Shown here: piece after piece, positions 55,943 to 64,000 of the stretch
How positions within the stretch are numbered: the stretch's first letter is position 1
Layout: each line of letters opens with the position of its first letter
DNA from: the human T2T-CHM13v2.0 reference genome, Homo sapiens
Direction: 5' to 3' (one strand)
NCBI RefSeq assembly: GCF_009914755.1
Contig: NC_060934.1
DNA length: 64,000 nucleotides
Notes under the pieces: model-generated
Databases searched by the model: none
What the model was told of the DNA's origin: nothing
Seen by the model: only the letters and a program-made list of their open reading frames with translations
Made by a program: the position numbers and the translations under genes

Positions 55943-58479
55943 CCTGAACTTTTTTTTTAACATGGATTTTTAGGGAGTGGGGGACCCAGGATGTGTGTCT
56001 TCATAAAAGCTGCCCTGAAGATTCTCCAAGGGGACCTGCGGGCAGGGACAGGAAGCACTGACCACACTGTGATGTGCCCTCCTCCAGCTCCCAGAGAGCC
56101 CGCGACCCTCAGCAGGGCAGTGTGGCCAGGGTGCCCGAGCCCAGGCCCAGGAAGGCCCAATGGCTACAACTTATTAAGGGCTTCCTGTTTGTCGGGCACT
56201 GGGCTCTACCCTCACATGCACCCCTCTTTCTAGTTTCACCCCTTCTTCTGAAAGGGAGATGTTTATAGCTGGGGAAACTGAGGCTCAGAGAGATGACTAA
56301 GGGGAGTCAAGAAAGAGAGGCAGAGCCCCCTGCAGGCCCTCCCCACCCCATGGACTGAGAGAAGCCAGGGCCAGGACTCTTGGGCAGCCAAAGACCGGCA
56401 CGTCTGCTTTGCACTTCACCTGGCCCCCACCTCCCCTTGTGAGACCTCAGGGGGTGGCCTCGCTTCCCCTCTGCTGGGCAAGGAGCTCCTTCCTGCTGCC
56501 TGATGTTCTGGATACTGAGCCTACACCCAGGCAGGGCTGAATCTCCTTTCCCCGCAGTCCCTGAGGCCAGCAGGCTCTGGGCCTCACAACTGTCCTCTGC
56601 TGAGCGACCCTTTGGTCAGATCCCTGGGCGTGCACGTAGCAGGGAGGTATGCATCTGTGTGCGTGTGTGTCCACGTATGGGAACACAGGTGTATGCATGT
56701 ATGCATGTGTACAGGGTACACCCATGTGAGGGCCCCCCAGACCTTTTTCCAAGGAGTAAATGACACCCTCTCATAGTGTCAGGTGTTCACTCAGGACCCC
56801 CAAGGGTGAGGGTGGAGCGAGAGCGTGGAAAGGCCTAAGGTAGGCTAGGCAGGAGCACAGCCCCAGATGGCCCCTTAAGATGGCCACACAGAGCCCAGCC
56901 AGACATCAATGTCAGCCAAGGGCTGGCCAGGGTGGTCCCCGGGAGGTGCGGGGGTGGGGCTATTTAAGCCTACCCACTTCTCTCTTCATTCACCTAGGAG
57001 GCAATCACAGGAGCTTGTCTGTAGCCAAAAGATGCCCCCAGCCCCTCCCTACCTATCAGGTCCCTTCCCTGGGCACAGGCCTGAGTGTGTAGCCTAGGTA
57101 GCCACTGGCACCAGAGATGGAACCTGTCTGAACCCAAGGGAGCCCCTTGTGGCCAACTCTAGCTCCATAAACTGGAAGGGTGTGGCAGGCAGCCGGAGTC
57201 CAGTGGCCCACAGTGTCTCTCCTGGGCTGGCAGGCCTGTGCCCCGGCCACCTGCCCCTCAGCAAGCCAGGTCTGGACATCACGGTTGGCTGAGTGCAAGC
57301 CAGCCTCTGTCTTGGCAGCTCCCCCTCCTGCCTGTGAGGGTGACTTCACTTTGACTTCATATCTGCAGTGATGTGCAGATCACTTATTCAGCCCTGAGCT
57401 CAGCCAGGCAAGAGGGCGGGGTTCTGCACACAGCAAGCAAGGGAGCGGCTGGCTCAAGGGTGCCCTGGGCCTAGGTTCCCTGGCTTTTCCTCCTCAAGGG
57501 CCCATGGGCTTCCCTTCTTCCATCCCTCTGCGCCTAAGTGCAGGCCAGACCTCAAAAAGCAGCCGGGGATGGGGCGAGAACAGAGGACTTCCCCACTGAG
57601 CCCACATCCAACCTCACCCAGAACCCCTTCTCAGGTCCAGTTGCTGCTCCCTATTAGGGGTAAATGTGTTTATGCGCATCATTTCCATCATTTCTTTGGG
57701 GGAAAATTGGATTCTTTCCTCCTCCTCGCTACTCGCTCTCCGACTCTGCCAGCCCATCTCCTGAGAGTTCTCCTGTGTAAGGGATGCAAGGGCCACCAGC
57801 ACCAGGTCTCTGAAAGGACGCCGGAGCCAGTTTCCGGTTTCCAAGGGTTGGACCAGTGCTGGAGGGGGGAATCACAAACTGCCCTTCCAGGACCCTACCC
57901 TCTCTACTACCCCAGGATGCTGAAAAAGGCTATTCTGCCTCTCTTCCCCTGCTCAGCTCTTCCCCGCCTCCTGCCTCCGGCCCCAGCAGAGGCCGCGCTC
58001 CCACTGCGCCTCCCGCCTCTGAGAAATGGCGCAGCAAGCGCTCCGCGGAGAGCCTGGAGGCGGGGCGCCCTTCTCTGAGTCCGCGGGGTCGCACCCCGAG
58101 CCAGTCGGCCAGACCTGCATCCCGCGTAGCATCCCTGCCCTCTCTGTGCAGCGGAAAGGGCAAAAGGCAGGGACTGCAAGCGGGCGCGCACCGGGTAGGA
58201 AGAGCGGCTCTGCGTAGGTGCGCGGACCCGGGCTCCTGGGTTCCATCCCCGCCGCGCACCTCGGGGTCCGCACCCGGCTCCTGCCGGGCCCTTTTCGGCC
58301 GCACCCCGCTCCCGCACCCCGCTCCTCCCCAAGCCCCACCCGGCCCAAGCCGCGCGTCCCGCACTGAGCTCCTACACGCGCCGCGCCCCGGCCGCACCCC
58401 GCGCAGCCAGAGCAAGCACTGGAGCCCCGCCCCTTCCCGCACCCCACCCGCCTCCGGCCCCGCCTGGCCCACCCCTGGA

Positions 58480-58510
58480 CCGCCCCCGCCCCGCCCCGCC
58501 CCTACCCGCT
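58480..58510. promoter_or_regulatory. Tandem GC boxes (Sp1/Sp3/EGR); RET promoter G-quadruplex (- strand) and i-motif (+ strand)
   Basis: CCGCCCCCGCCCCGCCCCGCCCCTACCCGCT: five C-runs about 30-60 nt upstream of the TSS, matching the known RET promoter G4/i-motif. Confidence 0.88.
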
Positions 58511-58541
58511 CCTCCGGCGCAGCCGGCGCTTGCCTAGCTTC

Positions 58542-58731
58542 AGTCCCGCGACCGAAGCAGGGCGCGCAGCAGCGCTGAGTGCCCCGGAACGTGCGTCGCG
58601 CCCCCAGTGTCCGTCGCGTCCGCCGCGCCCCGGGCGGGGATGGGGCGGCCAGACTGAGCGCCGCACCCGCCATCCAGACCCGCCGGCCCTAGCCGCAGTC
58701 CCTCCAGCCGTGGCCCCAGCGCGCACGGGCG
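58542..58731 (+). other. RET: RET exon 1 5'UTR (~190 nt)
   Basis: AGTCCCGCGACCGAAGCAGG at 58542 matches the recalled 5' end of RET mRNA; very GC-rich; the exact TSS is from recall. Confidence 0.85.
58640..58657 (+). other. Upstream ORF in RET 5'UTR (Met-Gly-Arg-Pro-Asp-stop)
   Basis: ATG GGG CGG CCA GAC TGA; G at -3 and +4; the only ATG in the 5'UTR; translation not demonstrated. Confidence 0.6.
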
Positions 58732-58804
58732 ATGGCGAAGGCGACGTCCGGTGCCGCGGGGCTGCGTCTGCTGTTGCTGCTGCTGCTGCCGCTGCTAGGC
58801 AAAG
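58732..58804 (+). CDS. RET: RET proto-oncogene receptor tyrosine kinase, coding part of exon 1 (signal peptide; 73 nt, phase-1 intron follows)
   Basis: ATG at 58732 in GCGATGG context translates to MAKATSGAAGLRLLLLLLLPLLGK, the recognised N-terminus of human RET, followed by the canonical donor AAAG|GTGAGT at 58804/58805. Confidence 0.99.
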
Positions 58805-61800
58805 GTGAGTTCTGCCGGCCGCCGGCTCCCGCAGGGGCCAGGGCGAAGTTGGCGCCAAGCAGCGGAGCGGGCGCGTTCAGAAGCGCCTTTCTGTTTGCCG
58901 TGGGCAGCGGGCTGTGCGGTCGCCGGCCACCCGGCCTCGGCTGGGAGCGCAGTGGCTGCGGCGGGCGGCGGGCGGCGGGCGGCGGGCAGGACGCCTCGGG
59001 CCGGGCGCCTCGGGCCGGGGCTGGGCGGGTCTCGGGCGGGAGCGGAGCGCGGGCCGGGCCGCGGGGGTCGGTGCTCAGAACCCTAGCCATAGCCGCAGGT
59101 CTCAATCTGGCCGCGCCCTGCGCCAAAGCCGCGTCCTGGAGCAAACGGGACAGCCGTTTCGGGGCCGACCTGGCGGACGGGTCAGGGAGCCCCGAAAGCC
59201 CGCGATTCGTGCGGAGAGTTCTGTTTCGGCAGGAGACGGCTCCGTCCTGGTTTCCTTTTCCCGCTCAGCGTCCGTGCGTTCCTCCCCCAGCTCTGCCGTC
59301 CTGGCCAGCCGAGGGATTCGGAGGCTCTTTTGAAAAGATTGCTTTTCCCTCGTGCGTTTTTGCCGCCCTGTCTTTAAACACCTAAAAACCGTGGTTTCTG
59401 GGGTGGCTCCCCCCGAGGGGCCGCCGTGATCGGCGTCCCACCCGGCAGCCTTGGAGTCGTGTGGCGCTGCCTGGCAGAGATGCTGAAGATGCGGCCATAG
59501 GAGGCCCAGGGCTTGGGGTGGGGCAGGGGTTTGCGCCGCCAGCCAGCGTTGGTGCTGGGCCTGGTGAAACCTCAGGTGCCTTAGGATCCTAGCATTAGGT
59601 GTGGCCTTGCAAAGATGGTCATCGACCCCACCCAAACTCTGGCAGAGTGAGCCGCAAGGCTGTGGAATCTTTGACCCCTTGGCACGCGTTTAAGTGTCCC
59701 TCAAACTGGCCCTGACTTGATCCCCTCCAAGCGCTTGTGTATGAACCAAGTTTCCCTCTAAGAGGGAAGGAGCCCTGGCCATCCTCCCTCACTCCTTACA
59801 AAGGGCTTTCTCTCCCCACAGCCTTTGGGAACAGAAGAAGCCATGGTCAGTCACCCTGTCTCTGGCCCCAGGCCCTGCACAAACTGAGTTTCCAGGCCTG
59901 CCTGAGACTTCATTTGTGTGACCTGCGCCTCAGCTCAGCATATGCTGAGGCCAGAGCGGGTCCCCAGTCCACCTAGCGAGGGACAGGGGAGAAGCCCTTG
60001 CCTTTCTATCTTTTCTGAGTGTTAGGACTTTGGGGTCCCAGTGCTGCAGGGGGAAGACACGGGGCAGAAGCAAACAAGGCGCTCTGACGCTGTCTTGGGA
60101 TTCTGGGCTGTGGCTTTGGCTTTGAGGTTGTGGGCAGGGGGCCAGGTGTGAACTGCTGCTGGTGTGCTGGGCAGAGGACTTCCCCACACCCTTCCACAGC
60201 CTTGCGTTCAGTTGGGGTGGCCAGTGAGGCTGTGGGGGCCAGGCTCTGGGGGCCGGCTTGTGGCACTCAGCAGGCATGCAGGTAGCTTTCCGTGCCCAGA
60301 CCCCTGGCCCACAGACAGCTTCCCGAATCCAGAGATGGTGAGCCCCTAGCCCCTGGGATAACCCGGACACCACAGTTGGAGGCACTGGGAGTGAAGAGGC
60401 AGCCCCACTCCCTGGAGTAGACAGCTGGGGCCTTTGAAGAGGCTGCAGAGCTCTTTCCCAGGAGCCACAGCTCCGGAGGTTCGAGCCGCACTCTTGGAGC
60501 TGCCAAGGACCGCCCCAGTGAGCCCCTCGGTGCTCCCCAACCACCCCAAGGGGACAGCTCGGCCTCAAGCGCCCTCTTGCGGACGCTGCACTTTAGTGGC
60601 TGGGCCTGATGACAGGCACAGACCGGGTCTCTAGAGGATGAGGGTTCTTCCACAGCTCACACATGCACACTCACACTGGATCACCAAGACACACTCCTGC
60701 CCCTTCTCACAGCACTTGCTGCCAAGGCTGTGGACATGCACAGCGTGGTTCCTTCACACCCTGCCTCACCCACGTCCACACAGGGACCCCAGCCCCTCTC
60801 ATCACTCATACACACAGGGACGCCACGTGTGTATATAGGGACACACACTCCTCATACCTGCAGGGCATAGCCTGTCAGCCCCAGGTATGCTGGAACCAGA
60901 GTGAGAGAACCTCCATCTAAAAGTTACATTCATTTAAAAGTTGCTCTTAAAGGTTTCTGGCATTTCACTGCTCAACACAGATACAGCTGTCCCCGTTGCT
61001 TGGATGAGGAAACTGAGTCTCAGCTTCTGGGGTTCCCCCCAGGTCCCAGGCTGACCCTGCACCTCAACCTCCCACAGCTCCTCAGCAAGCCTCTTGTCTC
61101 TTGTCTTCCTGGCCTGACTTCTTGGGTCCTGTTTTGCAGCAAGGAAGGACATTCCCTCTCTGCCCCTGGGCCCCGGGGCCTTCTGTTCCCAGCATGGAAG
61201 AGCTGGGCACTGTGACTTGGCAGGGCCCGGATCCAAGCTGCCAGACCACCCTCTGCAGAGGGCCTAGGCAGCCCACCCCTGCCTGAAGCACCAGGTATCA
61301 GCGCGGGCAGCTCAGGCCAGGGGTACAGCTCCCCCTGCTTCATCCTTTTCCTTCTCCCCTTTCTCTGGCCAGAGGCTTCACCAGGTTCACCTGGGCCTGG
61401 CTTGCTTCCTCCTCCACTCCAGCTCACTAACCCTGTCTGGCCTCCAGAAGCTGCCTGCAGCCCTCACTGGTGGGCTGTGCCTGCTGGGGGCCTGCAAGCA
61501 GAGAGCAAATGGGGAAGTGCATTGAGCTGATTCACTAAATTGCCTTTCTTCTGCAGAATCACTTTAGGGACAGGCTGAGGAAATCACTGTTTCCTTGGTG
61601 GTGTGAAGAAAATGGGATGCGATCACCTAGTGGGGAGCTAATAGCCTTTTAGCCAGGGGAGGAGAAAACCAATTAAAAATTATGATATCTGTTAAAATGG
61701 AACCTGGGGTGCCAAGGGGAAGGGAAGGCCCGGAAGCTGCCATCTCCCCTGAGACCTTCCCCCTCTGCAGCCTGGCCGAAGACCCTCTAGGTCCCCTCGT

Positions 61801-64000
61801 CTTAACTGGATAAGGCTAATACCAGCAGTAGCACCCCATGGGGGCTCACAGTGCACTGCCCCTGTGCTGTGCCTACTCACTTCATCTTTTCCAACAAGTC
61901 TGCAAGGGTCATGGCCTTGGCCCATTTCACAGGTGAGGAAACAGGTTCTCATAGCCTATGGACTCGAACCGGTAGAGAGGATGCGGGAGCTCCCCAGCCC
62001 TGGCCCTCTGGCTTGCTCCAGCCCGTTCTCTGGGCCAGTGGTGTGGGTCCAGGGTGGGGCTAAGGAGGGCTTCCAGGGAGGTTGCCCTGAGCCTGCCCAC
62101 CCACTGGTGAGTCCCCCCACCTCGGGCTCCAGGTGCCCTCAGGACATCCCAGCCCAGATCCCAGAGTAATGTGTGGCACCATGCACAGACGCTGAGATAC
62201 TCTCTGGGTCTCGTCAGCTTTAGTTGATGTCTGGGAGTCCTATGGGTCTGGGAAGGAGCACCAGGCATGGCTGTGCCAGCGGAAGGGCCGACTGTGTGTG
62301 CTCTGTGGATGGCAGGAAGGCATCTTGCTGCCAGTGGCGGTGCAGATGTTCGGCTGGGACACCAGGCTGTGGCCCTTGCAGCCAACATATGCCTGAGGCC
62401 CTGGCATCGGATGGAAGCTACTGCTCTGAAGACAAGGGTGCAGGGATGGGGTTTGGGCATCAGGGATGGGGGTACAGCTGTGTTTCCTCATGCAGGACAG
62501 GGCCTTCCTCCTCATTTTTCCCATCCTCCAGGACAGCCTGGGAGAAGAAAGCCAGGGAATAGGGGCAAAGCAGGGTGCAGCCCCCCATGCTCCCTGCTCC
62601 CCTCCTCCCCTCCTGCAGAGGCACTTCCTTTCCACTTCAGGAGCCCCTCCCCCAGAAGTGGGCCCCCCCCGTCCCCCCTTCCTTCTTTGGAGGCTGCTTC
62701 CTGGTGCCAGGTTATGCTCCCTCCCCGTTCTCTGCTGTGCCCTCTATCTCCCCACTCCTCTGCAATTATTTTTCAGCAGAGTGACTTAATAGTAACAATA
62801 ATAGTAACAATAACAGTAACAATAATAGTAACAACAGCAGGCTGGGAGCACTCCTGAGGGAGCCTCGGCTCCTGCCCTGCTGCTCTAGGGCTGGGGACTC
62901 TCCAGAGCTGTCTCATGGCAGGGAGAGACCGTAGTCAAGGAGACCCTGTGTAGTGACTTCCGCATGCGTGTGTGGCAAGGGGCGGGGACTGGGCAGTGAC
63001 CACCAGGCAGGGAGCACACCTCAGTCATGGTCACAGAGAAGGTGATGATGGCACCAGGGCTGTCTCTCCCTGCCCGTCTGCACCTGGGCCTGCCAGAGCC
63101 GTCTTCTGTGCCCCATGGGGTAGGGGAGCACCCCATGGCCCCTGGGAGGCTGCCAGTCAGTGGGACTATGAGGTCAAATGGGGAGGTCCCTTGGGGTCCA
63201 TGACCCAGGCACTGCACCCCTTGGGGCTGGAAGGGGAGAAGGCCCCAGGCCCACCAGAGCCCCTCTGGCTCCCCCACTAGAACAGCAGCCAGGGCCGGCT
63301 CAGGGATTGAGGCGAAGCCTTGGTGCTTGATTCTTTGTCCCCTGAGGCAGGCTGTACCTCTCATAGGAGAACTTTGGAGGACGGGCCTTCTCCTGACCAA
63401 GGCTCTGGGACACTTGGCAGCCCCTGAGGTCCTGCTTTACCTCTCTGCTTTCTCCCCCCTTCTCTGAGCTCTGGGGCCAGGCCTGGGCACTTGGATTGGC
63501 GCTGAGACAATGAGGCCTGAACCTCCATGGAGCTCTGGTCCCGCAGCTGTGTGATCATGGGGGCCTCAGGGACCCCGCTCCCCTCCATTCCCCAAGCCTA
63601 GAGGCCATGAAGCCTGTGGGTCCCTGAACTGTCCACCCTGAGACTGCAGGCAGGGCAGGGCTGGGCAAGAGCAGGCAGCAAGCTGTCCTTGTTCCCACAG
63701 CTCCTCCTGGCTGGGCTCTTGGCCCCTGAAAAGCCTGGGGCAGGGAGATGGTGCCAGCAGGACCTTAAGGACAGCAGTTCAGGTCGCACCTGGCCCTGGA
63801 GGGAGCAGGTGGCCAGCTCCAAGCAAACACCTCTGTTTGCTTTTGCCTCAAGGAGTGGCTCCACAAAGTGTAGCAGCCCAGGCACCACCACAGAAAGGTC
63901 ACCGCTGCACCTGGACTGGTGTGCGCCTACCTGGTGGACCAGCGGGCATAGGCTTTCCTCCCTGATATCAGGGATACCTGGAGGGCCTGGTGCTGGGGCT
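58805..64000 (+). other. RET: RET intron 1 (5' part; continues past the window end)
   Basis: Begins GTGAGT; no RET exon-2 coding sequence seen before 64000. Confidence 0.95.
62787..62834 (+). repeat. 12-bp tandem repeat TAATAGTAACAA x4
   Basis: Units at 62787, 62799, 62811 (one substitution) and 62823. Confidence 0.95.

Larger units (their letters stand above)
57950..59560. promoter_or_regulatory. CpG island / TATA-less RET promoter
   Basis: Dense CpG and GC boxes spanning the TSS, exon 1 and proximal intron 1, in contrast to CpG-poor flanks; limits judged by eye. Confidence 0.93.

Noticed and set aside
58732-59385. 217-aa ORF from the RET ATG reading through the donor into intron 1
   Set aside because: A consensus donor at 58805 ends the exon; a long open frame is expected in very GC-rich CpG-island DNA; no sign of a retained-intron protein
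57856-59635. Several 140-250 aa overlapping ORFs on both strands around the promoter
   Set aside because: Low-complexity Pro/Arg/Gly/Ala products caused by stop-codon scarcity in the CpG island
63000-64000. The SOX10 enhancer variant rs2435357 (MCS+9.7)
   Set aside because: It lies about 9.7 kb into intron 1; the window ends at about +5.5 kb

Overview
Human genomic DNA from the RET proto-oncogene locus (chr10q11.2), identified by the exon-1 translation MAKATSGAAGLRLLLLLLLPLLGK. The window holds about 58.5 kb of upstream intergenic/regulatory DNA, the CpG-island TATA-less RET promoter, exon 1 (5'UTR from ~58542; coding part 58732-58804; GT donor at 58805) and the first ~5.2 kb of intron 1. 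No other protein-coding gene is supported; the rest of the ORF track comes from Alu, L1, LTR, minisatellite or GC-rich sequence. The left half is a mosaic of old L1s with nested Alus, MaLR/ERVL LTRs (including an intact MLT2A1), a Zaphod-like hAT element and L2/MIR. Several AT-rich, motif-dense islands lie at distances matching the published RET conserved enhancers. Most notable: (1) a strong-Kozak 5-codon uORF inside a G-tract of the RET 5'UTR; (2) a 14-unit minisatellite with 9 metal-response-element cores beside the probable GATA enhancer at -19.6 kb; (3) a minisatellite with 11 TGACAG (MEIS-type) sites; (4) a perfect inverted SOXE dimer site at -32.7 kb; (5) a 175-bp templated insertion ending in a fold-back hairpin, plus two more local duplications about 1 kb apart; (6) promoter alleles that appear to be the G-A haplotype (recalled as non-Hirschsprung-risk and non-GRCh38). 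Repeat subfamily calls and enhancer/SNP names come from recall, were matched by eye and need checking.
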